63,473 bases of DNA from an uncultured Pseudomonadales bacterium (GTDB taxonomy: Bacteria > Patescibacteriota > Microgenomatia > UBA1400 > PJMF01): assembly GCA_964400865.1 (NCBI GenBank), contig CAYNWG010000002.1, positions 1 to 63,473 of the forward strand, written 5' to 3'. The notes below the pieces were generated by a model that saw nothing but the letters and a program-made list of their open reading frames with translations, searched no databases and was not told the DNA's origin. This document shows, in pieces, positions 1 to 9,426 of this stretch (position 1 is the stretch's first letter; each line of letters starts with the position of its first letter). The position numbers were made by a program, and so were the translations under genes.

Positions 1-1943
1 ACACTGTTTTTTCCTTTGATGGTGAAAATGATCCAGACATGATTGGACTCGTTGGTAGTGCAGTTGCTCTAGCAGTCTCTGAAATCCCATTCAATGGCCC
101 TGTTGCAGGAGTCAGAGTTGGCTATCGTAAGGAAAGTGGTGAGTACCTTTTGAATCCGACTCACACTGAACGCGAAACCAGTGATTTAGACTTAATTGTC
201 TCTGGTACCGGCGAAACGATTGTCATGGTAGAAGCTGGAGCAAAAGAAGTTGAGGAGTCAGTGGTGATTGAAGCAATGACTAAAGCCCAAGAGCAATTTG
301 CCAGCATGTGTAAACAAATTGCTGCCATTGCGAAAGAAGTAGGCAAGGAGAAAATCAATTTAGTCGACGCAGAGGCAGAAGACCTCACAACTTTGAAAGC
401 TAAGATCCAAAAGCATCTTTCAAAAAATCACGCTAAAACGCTCAAAGAAATGGTGGGAAAAGAAGGTCGATTAATCCCCGTCGACTACAAAGCATTTGCG
501 ACACAAATTGTTGAAGAACTCAAAGCCGCTAAAGAAGAAAGCGAACTACTTACCGAGCAATTAGTGGGAACTCTTGTTCATGACGAATTGAAGTCGGTCG
601 GTCGTGCAATGATCATCGACGAAGGGGTCAGACCTGATGGTCGCGCATTGGAAGAGATTAGACAAATTTGGACAGAAGTTGACGTGTTCCCCAGAACTCA
701 TGGCAGCGCCATGTTCAAACGAGGTGCCACTCAAGTCATTACCATAACTACCTTGGGTAGTCCATCACTTGGTCAGAGAATCGAAAGTATTGAAGGCAGT
801 GAGGTGCGACACTATATGCATTTTTACAACATGCCTCCATATGCATCTGGTGAGGCAGGTCGTTTTGGATTTCCAAAGCGTCGTGAAATTGGTCACGGGG
901 CCTTGGCAGAACGAGCCTTGATACCGGTAATTCCTGCTCAGTTAGAATTTCCATACGCAATTCATGTTGTCTCGGAAGTGGTTAGCTCCAATGGTTCTAC
1001 TTCCCAAGCATCGGTGTGCGGAAGTACATTGTCGCTGATGGCAGCTGGTGTACCAATCAAACGCCCAGTGGCTGGTATTGCCATGGGACTCATGAGTGAC
1101 GGCAAAAAATCTGTTGTACTTTCTGATATTCAAGGTCTTGAAGATCATACCGGAGATATGGACTTTAAGGTTGCCGGAACGACCGAGGGTATCACCGCAT
1201 TGCAAATGGATATCAAGCTCACTGGGCTTTCAAAAGATATTTTGGTTACCGCGTTAACACAAGCCAAAGTTGGTAGACTGCACATCTTGGAGCAAATGCT
1301 TAAGTCAATCAATGAACCCAGAAAAGAATTATCCCAATTTGCACCCAAGATTCGTCAGATTGAAATACCCAAGGACAAAATTGGCGAAGTGATTGGCCCA
1401 GGAGGGAAAGTTATTCGAGGTATTATTGAAGCCACTGGCGCAACGGTGGATGTGGATGAAGACGAAGAAAAAGGTTTGGGTATTGTCACCATCGGCTCAG
1501 CCGATCTTGAAGTTCTCGCCCAAGCCATGCAAATGGTGGAGAACATTGTTCGCGTCATTGAACCAGGTGACGAGTTTGACGGCGCCGTTACCAGAGTTGA
1601 AGACTACGGTGTCTTCGTTGAGTTCCTCCCAGAGAGAGAAGGCTTGGTGCATGTTTCCAACATGTCTACTGACTATGTGGCGAGCGCTAGCGAGCTGTAT
1701 AAGCTTGGTGATGTAGTCCATGTGCGAGTCAAAGAAATCAAAGACGACGGCAAAATTGGTCTCACACTTTTAACACCAGAGCAAGAAGAAGAAGCTCGGG
1801 CTAATGGTGGAGGTCGCCAAGGTGGCGGACGCGACGGAGGCAGAGATGGTGGTGGTCAAGGTGGGCGTCGCCCCTTCGGTGGCAACCGAGATTTTGATCG
1901 TCGTCCGCCCAGACGCGACTACGGTGACAGACCAAGACGCTAA
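1..1943 (+). CDS. pnp: Polyribonucleotide nucleotidyltransferase (PNPase), 5'-truncated at window edge; second RNase PH domain, KH, S1 and an Arg/Gly-rich tail
   Basis: The frame is open from base 3 (TVFSFDGENDPD precedes the listed Met), so the gene continues upstream. Motifs FPKRREIGHGALAERAL, NGSTSQASVCGSTLSLMAAGVP, DHTGDMDFKVAGT, KH-like IGEVIGPGGKVIRGI, S1-like GAVTRVEDYGVFVEF. Confidence 0.95.
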   Translation, partial: TVFSFDGENDPDMIGLVGSAVALAVSEIPFNGPVAGVRVGYRKESGEYLLNPTHTERETSDLDLIVSGTGETIVMVEAGAKEVEESVVIEAMTKAQEQFASMCKQIAAIAKEVGKEKINLVDAEAEDLTTLKAKIQKHLSKNHAKTLKEMVGKEGRLIPVDYKAFATQIVEELKAAKEESELLTEQLVGTLVHDELKSVGRAMIIDEGVRPDGRALEEIRQIWTEVDVFPRTHGSAMFKRGATQVITITTLGSPSLGQRIESIEGSEVRHYMHFYNMPPYASGEAGRFGFPKRREIGHGALAERALIPVIPAQLEFPYAIHVVSEVVSSNGSTSQASVCGSTLSLMAAGVPIKRPVAGIAMGLMSDGKKSVVLSDIQGLEDHTGDMDFKVAGTTEGITALQMDIKLTGLSKDILVTALTQAKVGRLHILEQMLKSINEPRKELSQFAPKIRQIEIPKDKIGEVIGPGGKVIRGIIEATGATVDVDEDEEKGLGIVTIGSADLEVLAQAMQMVENIVRVIEPGDEFDGAVTRVEDYGVFVEFLPEREGLVHVSNMSTDYVASASELYKLGDVVHVRVKEIKDDGKIGLTLLTPEQEEEARANGGGRQGGGRDGGRDGGGQGGRRPFGGNRDFDRRPPRRDYGDRPRR

Positions 1944-1989
1944 CCCTCTTGTAATTCTCTAACTTCAAGTGGTGCTGGTAATCAAGATA

Positions 1990-1998
1990 TGGTAGGCT
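1990..1998 (+). promoter_or_regulatory. Extended -10-like element TGgTAGGCT, 8 nt upstream of the ATG at 2007
   Basis: Read directly: tggtaggct, then aggcatgt, then ATG. No Shine-Dalgarno sequence between them. Confidence 0.35.
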
Positions 1999-2006
1999 AG
2001 GCATGT

Positions 2007-2879
2007 ATGCAGCTGCCCAGAATTCAAACAAAAACAGGCAAATACTTGTTATTAGACTTGAGTGATATCCACGAATTAGTTGATGTCTTTGGTATCACTT
2101 GGGAAACCGATGAGCAGCGCCACCAACTTGAATCACTCATGTCACTGATCGTGGCTCAACTATCGCCACTAGTAAGCGGAATAGTGTTGGGGCCAGAGAT
2201 CGGTTTTTCAGCCCTTGAACAGAAAACAGCTCAAACAGGATTATTACTCTCACTAGAGAAACAAACTGACTTATTGCTCGTGAATGAAATGCCGAGCATC
2301 TTTCCGCAATGGGGGGTGACGCATGTAAAAAATAATTATGGCATTCTCTTTACCAAATTGTTTTATCACCCTCACGGGGAACTAGTTAAGGAAAAAAAAC
2401 GGCTACTAGCAGAACTTAAGGATGCCTGTAACTATGAGGGAATTGCCAATGTGCTTTCACTTTCGCTCTACCCACCGGAAGGACAGCCAGCTAATCAAGA
2501 AGCATTCCAAGAATCTCAATTAGTTAGCATTCGCGAATTTCAAACAGTCGCTGACATGTTGCTATTGGAATATCCGCATACTGCTTTAGCCGCCGCCACA
2601 ATTACTGCAGAATTAGATATTCCCTGGCTTTTAGTTGATAGAACTCAAGATTATTTACATCTAAAAACCGCTTTGCGAACATCGCTTGAAGCTGGTGCTG
2701 CGGGCATTGCAGTTGGCGGCGGCAATTTATTTTCCGGCATTCGTCCTTATGTGTTGGAAAAAGATAGAGTAACCCAAGAAAGTATGCAGTTGTTTGAAAC
2801 TCATCTGAAAACTGAAGTGCGAGATCGTTTACTCGAGATCAATCGAATTTTGGAAGAACATCAGGTTGACGAAGCGTAA
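2007..2879 (+). CDS. LacD / tagatose-bisphosphate-aldolase-like TIM-barrel protein, function uncertain
   Basis: By-eye resemblance to class I LacD aldolases: SGIVLGPEIGFSA...GLLLSLEK resembles SSILLDPEYGLPA...GLLLAYEK, and GIAVGGGNLFSG resembles GVLCGRATWSG. The segment expected to carry the Schiff-base Lys reads MLLLEYPH. This alignment is tentative. Confidence 0.35.
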   Translation: MQLPRIQTKTGKYLLLDLSDIHELVDVFGITWETDEQRHQLESLMSLIVAQLSPLVSGIVLGPEIGFSALEQKTAQTGLLLSLEKQTDLLLVNEMPSIFPQWGVTHVKNNYGILFTKLFYHPHGELVKEKKRLLAELKDACNYEGIANVLSLSLYPPEGQPANQEAFQESQLVSIREFQTVADMLLLEYPHTALAAATITAELDIPWLLVDRTQDYLHLKTALRTSLEAGAAGIAVGGGNLFSGIRPYVLEKDRVTQESMQLFETHLKTEVRDRLLEINRILEEHQVDEA

Positions 2880-2915
2880 TAGCGTGGGTTACAACTACTG
2901 TCTACAAAAAACAGT

Positions 2916-3500
2916 ATGTTACAGGTTATTCTAGACGTTGAAACAAAACTAGCTTTTGAAGATGTTGGTGGATTTTTCCCAGAAAAATTGGGAATTTCTT
3001 TTGTGGGTGTTTGTGTGAGAAATTCAACCATGGAAAAAGGGGAGTTAAAAGGTTATTTTGAAGATCAATTCCAAGAACTGTTCGAACTACTTGAGAGAGC
3101 AGATGTAATTATTGGCTTTAATATTGATGGTTTTGATATGCCAGCGCTGAATGCTTATTACCAAGCGGATATCAATTCCATTCCAACGCTTGATTTGCTT
3201 GACAGAATAAAAAAGCAGGTTGGACATAGAATTAGTTTAGATGCAGTTGCCCAAGCCACTCTGGGAATCGGAAAATCTGGTAATGGCCTCGATGCCATTA
3301 AATATTATCGAGAGGGAAATTTAAAGGCGCTCAAAGACTATTGTTTGCAAGATGTTGAGGTGACGCGAGATGTCTACGATTATGGTTTTCAGAAAGGTCA
3401 CGTTAAATTTCGTAACAAATGGAATCGTTTGATAGAATGCCCAGTGGATTTTTCATTTACTGCACAAAAAAATGCTGGATTACAGATGTCGCTGTTGTAG
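2916..3500 (+). CDS. DEDD-type 3'-5' exonuclease-like (RNase H fold) protein
   Basis: ILDVETK (DxE), FNIDGFDMPAL and YCLQDVEVTRDVY (Yx3D) resemble Exo I/II/III motifs. Confidence 0.55.
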   Translation: MLQVILDVETKLAFEDVGGFFPEKLGISFVGVCVRNSTMEKGELKGYFEDQFQELFELLERADVIIGFNIDGFDMPALNAYYQADINSIPTLDLLDRIKKQVGHRISLDAVAQATLGIGKSGNGLDAIKYYREGNLKALKDYCLQDVEVTRDVYDYGFQKGHVKFRNKWNRLIECPVDFSFTAQKNAGLQMSLL

Positions 3501-3503
3501 TTG

Positions 3504-3512
3504 TGTTAGGAT
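3504..3512 (+). promoter_or_regulatory. Extended -10-like element TGtTAGGAT, 6 nt upstream of the GTG start at 3519
   Basis: Read directly: tgttaggat, then gagtag, then GTG. No SD. Confidence 0.4.
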
Positions 3513-3518
3513 GAGTAG

Positions 3519-5858
3519 GTGAGAAAATTCGCACCCCTTTTTCTATTTTTTGTGTTGTTTTTATTGTGCAATCCTGTAGTTTTTGCTGCTACCCATCCCA
3601 ACCTTGTAGTCAATCAAGCAGATATCTCGCAAATTCGAGTCAGTATTCAATCCACCGCAGCGGTGCAACATGCATACGAAGCGATGCGGACTCAGACTTG
3701 GATCAATGGAGCGCCAGCTTGGGCAATCAACGAGGGTTGGTCAAGACAGTTGGTTGAGCAGAGTTTTGTAGGTTTGGTTGATAACGATTCTCAAGCAATC
3801 AATCAGGCAAAAGCAAATTTTTTAATTCATACTCAGGGGGTAGATGTCTATCATTTTTCAAAATTTAATGGCGAAGCGCAAAAATATCAATATGGCCAAC
3901 CATGTACTGCGCTTGTTTTAGGATATGATCTGCTTGAGCCCCATTTGTCCGCTTTGGAAAAATCGAATGCTCAGGCATTTTTAATAGAATGGGGGACTGG
4001 TTTATACCAATATTATTCTGGAGACCCGACATTGGTCTCGCACAATTTTCACACGAGCTCAATTGCCTGTTTGGGCTTAATTGGCTTGGCTTTGGATGGT
4101 GAGGTAAACTCTGCTTCAACTTGGTCCAACTACGCCACAACAGCGTTTCGAAACCATTATGTAAATTATGCTTTTAATTTGGGCGGCGATTACACTGAGG
4201 GCTATGTGTACCAGCAGTACGGCTTGTCCGCCGCAGTGCTATATCTGGATGCACTCCGCAGATCAAAAGGGATAGATTTGGTGGCTCAGTCCAACATGGC
4301 TAATTTGTGGAATTTCTATCTTTCTGCCTTCGGGTCAAACGATTCATTTCCAAGATATGGAGATAATTCAGGAGGCCCATTTCTATCAGGGACAGATCTT
4401 TATTTGTTAGACAGATCCCAACAGCAAGGTTTAAAAAGTGAATATATATGGTTGTGGTACCGACTCCGAGGTAGTTTGGCTGCTCAAAATCTCAAGCCAT
4501 TTCTTTTTAAAGACTTTGATCATTTGGGTATGGTGCTGTATTTTCCTGATGTTATATCAAAGACACCCACAAGTCAGGCATTTCCACCCTCACAATTATT
4601 GCAAAGCGTGACTGCTGGCACAACTCAGGGAGTAACAGAAAATCCAGGAGGAATGGTGGTTTTGCGCTCAGATTGGAATACGAGTCAATTTAGTACATCG
4701 CTCTGGCTCAATAATCGCTGGCGCTGGCAAAACCACCAACACTATGATCCTAACTCATTTACTCTGGAAGGCTATGGTGAAACGCTAATCTCAAACTTAA
4801 ACAATCGTTCTTATGATGATCCGTTACGGGGCAAATGGAGTCAGCAAAATACCGTTCGGATAGATCCATCCTTACCCAATAGCGATGCCCCTATTTCACC
4901 TTTTGCAACAGGATTGGCATCGTCTTTAGGTACTTTTACTCGATTTTTCAGATCAGATTATGCTGACGTGGTAGTCAGTGATAGCCGGTATTCCCATGCC
5001 AATTTACACACATTTGGTTTGCCAAATGGCAACTTTTCACTTGCTACCACTACCAACATTGTTCCGATAGAAAAAGCGTTTCGCACAGTGCTATTGGTGA
5101 GACACCTGTTGCCAATGCCATTTTATTTATTGTATGACGACTTTAAAAAAACAGGGGCAACTGAGTATTGGTGGCAGGTATACATGCCAAATACGGCGAC
5201 TCAAATTTCTGGTCAGGGAACGCTGGCTCAGCCGTATACTTACACCGTAGGCAGTGCCATAATGAGGATGAGCTTTCTTAATTTTCCTCAAGTGCAATTA
5301 CTGAGAGGACCTCAGGATCCCAGTCGAGGTGATCGACCATTGCAGTTACAAATTCAAAATTCGGAGCTTAAGCTACTTTCTTTACTTTTTCCAAGTAGGG
5401 CAAGTGATCCAGCACCCCAATTCACTCAAATACAAGCTTCACCAGTTGTTTATGAGATTTCACTTGAGGGTCAAACTGCTCAAGTGTTGTTTAATCCCAG
5501 CCGTTCGTCGGTGGTCTACCAGGATGTGGAAACTGACGCTCAAATTGCGGTCGGGAAAGACTGGACGCTTTCGAGTCGTCAACTTGTATTTCATCAGGCA
5601 ACATACGCTCGGTTTGGAGGAGTTGATTTTTTTCGCACAGCTCAACCATCAACACAAACGGTGCCTGGAGCATATAACCACTGCGCAAAATCGGCGGATT
5701 TTAATGGAGATGGTGCAACTTCTTTACCAGATTTTACGTTACTGTTGCCCAGACTCGGAGAAGTTGTTAGTTCAATAAACGAAAAGTTTGATCTGCAGTG
5801 CGATAATGCAATCGATCTGAAGGACTTATCGCAACTATTTTTCCGATGGTCTTTTTGA
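3519..5858 (+). CDS. Secreted heparinase II/III-like polysaccharide lyase with C-terminal dockerin-like module
   Basis: N-terminal signal peptide (FLFFVLFLLCNPVVFA). N-terminus HPNLVVNQADISQIR is alginate-lyase/heparinase-like. NHQHYDPNSFTLEGYGETLI resembles the heparinase II/III HxHxD..F motif. C-terminal DFNGDGATSLPDF and DLQCDNAIDLKDL form two DxNxDxxxxxxD-type Ca-loop repeats. Confidence 0.6.
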   Translation: MRKFAPLFLFFVLFLLCNPVVFAATHPNLVVNQADISQIRVSIQSTAAVQHAYEAMRTQTWINGAPAWAINEGWSRQLVEQSFVGLVDNDSQAINQAKANFLIHTQGVDVYHFSKFNGEAQKYQYGQPCTALVLGYDLLEPHLSALEKSNAQAFLIEWGTGLYQYYSGDPTLVSHNFHTSSIACLGLIGLALDGEVNSASTWSNYATTAFRNHYVNYAFNLGGDYTEGYVYQQYGLSAAVLYLDALRRSKGIDLVAQSNMANLWNFYLSAFGSNDSFPRYGDNSGGPFLSGTDLYLLDRSQQQGLKSEYIWLWYRLRGSLAAQNLKPFLFKDFDHLGMVLYFPDVISKTPTSQAFPPSQLLQSVTAGTTQGVTENPGGMVVLRSDWNTSQFSTSLWLNNRWRWQNHQHYDPNSFTLEGYGETLISNLNNRSYDDPLRGKWSQQNTVRIDPSLPNSDAPISPFATGLASSLGTFTRFFRSDYADVVVSDSRYSHANLHTFGLPNGNFSLATTTNIVPIEKAFRTVLLVRHLLPMPFYLLYDDFKKTGATEYWWQVYMPNTATQISGQGTLAQPYTYTVGSAIMRMSFLNFPQVQLLRGPQDPSRGDRPLQLQIQNSELKLLSLLFPSRASDPAPQFTQIQASPVVYEISLEGQTAQVLFNPSRSSVVYQDVETDAQIAVGKDWTLSSRQLVFHQATYARFGGVDFFRTAQPSTQTVPGAYNHCAKSADFNGDGATSLPDFTLLLPRLGEVVSSINEKFDLQCDNAIDLKDLSQLFFRWSF

Positions 5859-5864
5859 TAGACT
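5856..5864 (+). promoter_or_regulatory. Extended -10-like element TGaTAGACT, 6 nt upstream of the GTG start at 5871
   Basis: Read directly: tgatagact, then gatggc, then GTG. The TGA is also the stop codon of the upstream gene. Confidence 0.4.
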
Positions 5865-5870
5865 GATGGC

Positions 5871-8105
5871 GTGAATATTATCTATGGATTACTGTTGTTT
5901 GTCGTGAATTTCGGATTGGTAAGCGCTGTGCTGGTCACGGATGTTAAAGCTTACACAGTTCCTTCATCGGTGATTTTGCCTAACAGCGATATGGTGGTGA
6001 GTAAAAATAACATCATTGCTGTTCCGTATATTATGAATGATTGGGAGAATTGCAATCCAGAAACCCTCAAGCGAGGAATAGATCCCGCTATAGATTGCTG
6101 GTCACATGTTCCTAATGTAAATCCTTTACCTACAACTAGATCGCCATTTGCAGTAGGTTCATTTGGTAGTCATATTGCTTTTGATTGGGATAATCTTAAC
6201 TCTGCTCCAGGAGTTTATGACTGGACGGCAATTGATAGATATTTACAACAGGCCTCTACCATGCGCGTCAAAGATGCGCGGGGAAATATTTTACCGTTCA
6301 AGCCTGTCATAATTACTTTTACGGAGTATCTACAAAGCGATAGTAATCCCCATGATGGAGAAAAAGACTTAATCTCATATCTACCAGAATACGTGAAGGA
6401 AGCGCTGCCTCAGTCGGAATTAGTTAGCAATCTTGCGGGTTGTGATGTTCAGGATATGGTGCCGTATCACAACCCAATTTTTCAGCGGTACTACAAGCAG
6501 TTTGTTACAGACGCTCTTGCTCATATACGACAATCTCCAAATAACTACGTGGTGCAAGCGTATTTAATGTCGGGAGGTGTCAGCCACGAAACTACACCAA
6601 GTAAAAATTTAGCTGATTGTAGTTACGGGCAAACATATAGAGATCAACATCAAGAAGCTTGGAGACAATTCATTATTGACAGTATTGTTTGGACTGATCA
6701 AGTGTTGAAAAATGGAGGTTCAAGACACGAAATACCTGTATTTTTACAAGCAGCGGCCGCCTGGCCAAATGAGCGATATCTGTTTTTCCGTACCGCTTAT
6801 CCTTTGGGAATTGGATTCAAACCAAACAGCATGGCTCCTTCAAATGGCAATGGTATTAATGCTCGACCGAGTGCGATAGGGTTATATGACGCACTACTAA
6901 TGACTGAGCTAACCTGGCCAAAGAGTCTTGAGCCAGTTTACCCATTTCGGTCGCCTAGTTCGGAGCGTTGCTCAGAACGGTACTGTTATTCAGATGCTCG
7001 ATATCAAGGCACCTACTGGATGGATTTGACAGCATTGAATTATCAACCAGACATGTTTGACAGAATGAAGGAACATTTTCTCTGGACAAGAGAGTTTGTT
7101 GAACAATTTGGTCTGAGTTGGTTCAACGGTTTACTGGAGAATTCATATGGAAAAGCTGCCAATCAAAGTAGAGTGGCCTGGATTGCTTTTGCTGAGCGTT
7201 TTAATGATGAGGACTCATATCCCAGTACTCGACCGTCACCGCCGGTTGAGATGGGAGTTGGCGACTATTACAAAGCAGAGTTTACAGAGAGGGGTGATCG
7301 AGATTTTTATTTATATCGTCTCGGAGAAATTGAGGATTCTACATTGATTAGAAGGCAAGCAGGCGTGATCCCGATGGATCAAAACAACTATGCGTTAGCG
7401 CAAAATAGTTGTTATAAAACGCAAGCAGAATTGCCCAATCAGGCTACTAAGATATTAACTGGTCAAGAATTGCGGAGTTCGGGCAAATTGGCTAGTAGCC
7501 AATTTGCCCACCCATTTTCTGCTACCGCTCTTACCACTGAGGGCTCAAGTGGGAAAACCCAAATTTCATTAGTACTGGAGGATCAGGTGCAAAGTATCAA
7601 AACTAATTCCACGAGTATCACAATTGAGTACTTAGATGCAGGTACGGATCAGTTTGCACTTGAGTTTAGTAATCCCCAGGGACAAGTTCAGCGTGACACA
7701 ATCACAAAAACGAATACCAACCGTTGGAAGTCATATCAAGTTACAAAATCGACTAATCAAATTTCTTGGCAACATCGGTTGCCTGGAGGAGCTGATTTGC
7801 GATTGGATTGCTTGTGTAACTCCCAAGCTGGTGATGATATTTTCAGTATGGTTAGAATTGAGTCTCAAGGACCACCAGTGCGTATAGCTCCAAGCAACAC
7901 GTTAAGTTTTTGTGGCAGTGGGAATGGCGGGGGTGGTTGTAGTGCAATTGCGGATGTAAATCACGATGGAATTGTAAATCTACTTGACTTAAGTGCCATA
8001 ATCGCTCATTTTGGCAATTCAGGCGTTTCGGTATTCGATACTAATTGCGATGCTGTAGTGGACTTACTTGATTTTTCTAGAGTCGTCTCAAGAATGCAGT
8101 TCTAG
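5871..8105 (+). CDS. Secreted glycoside-hydrolase-like protein with C-terminal dockerin-like module
   Basis: Signal/anchor at the N-terminus. FDWDNLNSAPGVYDWTAIDRYLQQA resembles the GH42/GH5-clan W..LEP.EG.YDW motif. The C-terminus DVNHDGIVNLLDLSAII...DTNCDAVVDLLDFSRVV is a clear duplicated dockerin-type segment. Confidence 0.45.
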   Translation: MNIIYGLLLFVVNFGLVSAVLVTDVKAYTVPSSVILPNSDMVVSKNNIIAVPYIMNDWENCNPETLKRGIDPAIDCWSHVPNVNPLPTTRSPFAVGSFGSHIAFDWDNLNSAPGVYDWTAIDRYLQQASTMRVKDARGNILPFKPVIITFTEYLQSDSNPHDGEKDLISYLPEYVKEALPQSELVSNLAGCDVQDMVPYHNPIFQRYYKQFVTDALAHIRQSPNNYVVQAYLMSGGVSHETTPSKNLADCSYGQTYRDQHQEAWRQFIIDSIVWTDQVLKNGGSRHEIPVFLQAAAAWPNERYLFFRTAYPLGIGFKPNSMAPSNGNGINARPSAIGLYDALLMTELTWPKSLEPVYPFRSPSSERCSERYCYSDARYQGTYWMDLTALNYQPDMFDRMKEHFLWTREFVEQFGLSWFNGLLENSYGKAANQSRVAWIAFAERFNDEDSYPSTRPSPPVEMGVGDYYKAEFTERGDRDFYLYRLGEIEDSTLIRRQAGVIPMDQNNYALAQNSCYKTQAELPNQATKILTGQELRSSGKLASSQFAHPFSATALTTEGSSGKTQISLVLEDQVQSIKTNSTSITIEYLDAGTDQFALEFSNPQGQVQRDTITKTNTNRWKSYQVTKSTNQISWQHRLPGGADLRLDCLCNSQAGDDIFSMVRIESQGPPVRIAPSNTLSFCGSGNGGGGCSAIADVNHDGIVNLLDLSAIIAHFGNSGVSVFDTNCDAVVDLLDFSRVVSRMQF

Positions 8106-8920
8106 TGCATAAAGCCAGATGTGGTACGATACCTGCTGGTATGCCAATGGTAACAAAAAATACTGGTCTTCAAATAGAATCACTTACCGTACAAATAGAA
8201 AGTAAACAAGTTGTTACTGATTTTTCTGTAACCATTCCAGCTGGAGAATGCCATGTTCTCATGGGTCCCAATGGATCAGGAAAAAGTTCATTGGCTTACG
8301 CTTTGGCTGGTCATCCAAACTATGGTGTAATCTCAGGTTCAGTTTTGCTCAATTCAAAAGATGTGCTAGTGCTATCTCCAGATCAAAGAGCGCAACTTGG
8401 ACTTTTGCTAGCTTTTCAGTATCCTGTTTCAGTGCCTGGACTTTCGGTTTGGCAATTTTTGTGGCAGGCATACCAACAAAGATTTAAAATAGACGTACCA
8501 AAAAGTGGCAAAAAAATTGCCAAAGCCATTGATTTTATAAAATCCCTTGAAAAACTTGCCAAGAAAGTCCGCATGCCAGCGGAAATGCTCAAGCGAGGAC
8601 TCAATGAGGGTTTTAGTGGTGGTGAAAAAAAACGCTTGGAAGTGTTGCAGTTGCTCGTACTGGAACCCAAATTTGCCATTTTGGATGAAACTGATTCTGG
8701 TTTAGATATTGATGCAATTAAAATTATTGCGAAAAATATCGAACAACTGACGCACGAATATGGGGTTGGTTGTTTGTTGATTACTCATTACCAGCGCTTG
8801 CTCAAGTATGTTGTACCTAATCAAATTCACATCATGTCTGCTGGCACCATTGTTCAATCTGGTGACTATTCTTTGGCAGAAGAAGTCGAAAAAACAGGCT
8901 ATTCCAAGTATCAAAAATAA
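8105..8920 (+). CDS. sufC: Fe-S cluster assembly ATPase SufC
   Basis: Walker A GPNGSGKSS, signature FSGGEKKR, Walker B AILDETDSGLD, H-loop ITH. The true start may be the ATG at 8141 or 8147 (MPMVTKN) rather than the GTG at 8105. Confidence 0.9.
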   Translation: MHKARCGTIPAGMPMVTKNTGLQIESLTVQIESKQVVTDFSVTIPAGECHVLMGPNGSGKSSLAYALAGHPNYGVISGSVLLNSKDVLVLSPDQRAQLGLLLAFQYPVSVPGLSVWQFLWQAYQQRFKIDVPKSGKKIAKAIDFIKSLEKLAKKVRMPAEMLKRGLNEGFSGGEKKRLEVLQLLVLEPKFAILDETDSGLDIDAIKIIAKNIEQLTHEYGVGCLLITHYQRLLKYVVPNQIHIMSAGTIVQSGDYSLAEEVEKTGYSKYQK

Positions 8921-8932
8921 CGAAGCACAACT

Positions 8933-9424
8933 ATGTCCCAACCACATCGACTGACAAACCAAGTTAAAATTCTGCACAAAGTGGCGATTGTTTCAAATAA
9001 TCAAGTCTTACTGTTGAAACGTAATGCGCAAGCACACTACCGTCCAGAAAAATGGGATTTGCCTGGTGGAAACGCTGAGTGGCCTACTGAATCAGATCGG
9101 GTTTTGTTGGAGCATCTTCATCGGGGAGATGCTGCTCGCGAGGTCCAAGAGGAAACCGGTATGACTCTTGATGAAGCGCAGTTTATTACTCCGATTTTTT
9201 TCGATACTTTTTTTGAAACTGAAAAACAGCTATATACAATTGTAGTGGGATGGCTGATTCAATCTCAGCGACAATCTGAGGTAATTCTCAGTTCAGAACA
9301 CACTGATTCTGCTTGGGTTTCCTTAACTGAGCTACAAGACTATGATTTTGGATTCGCTGGCGGGTCAGATGGATTTTTAGTGCAATTTATTAAGCAAGCA
9401 TTTGCGCGGGTCGCGATAGATTAA
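8933..9424 (+). CDS. NUDIX hydrolase embedded between sufC and sufB
   Basis: GGNAEW...LHRGDAAREVQEETG fits the Nudix box (REvxEEtG) only loosely, with a longer G-to-RE spacing than the canonical Gx5Ex7RE. Its stop lies 2 nt before the sufB start. Confidence 0.8.
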   Translation: MSQPHRLTNQVKILHKVAIVSNNQVLLLKRNAQAHYRPEKWDLPGGNAEWPTESDRVLLEHLHRGDAAREVQEETGMTLDEAQFITPIFFDTFFETEKQLYTIVVGWLIQSQRQSEVILSSEHTDSAWVSLTELQDYDFGFAGGSDGFLVQFIKQAFARVAID

Positions 9425-9426
9425 TT

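Noticed and set aside
161-1721. Multiple 60-107-aa ORFs on both strands within pnp, and similar nested ORFs inside sufB, sufS, ftsK, rnj, the Lon-like gene and others
   Set aside because: All are nested in or antisense to long ORFs with clear family motifs. None has its own signals or a recognisable motif.
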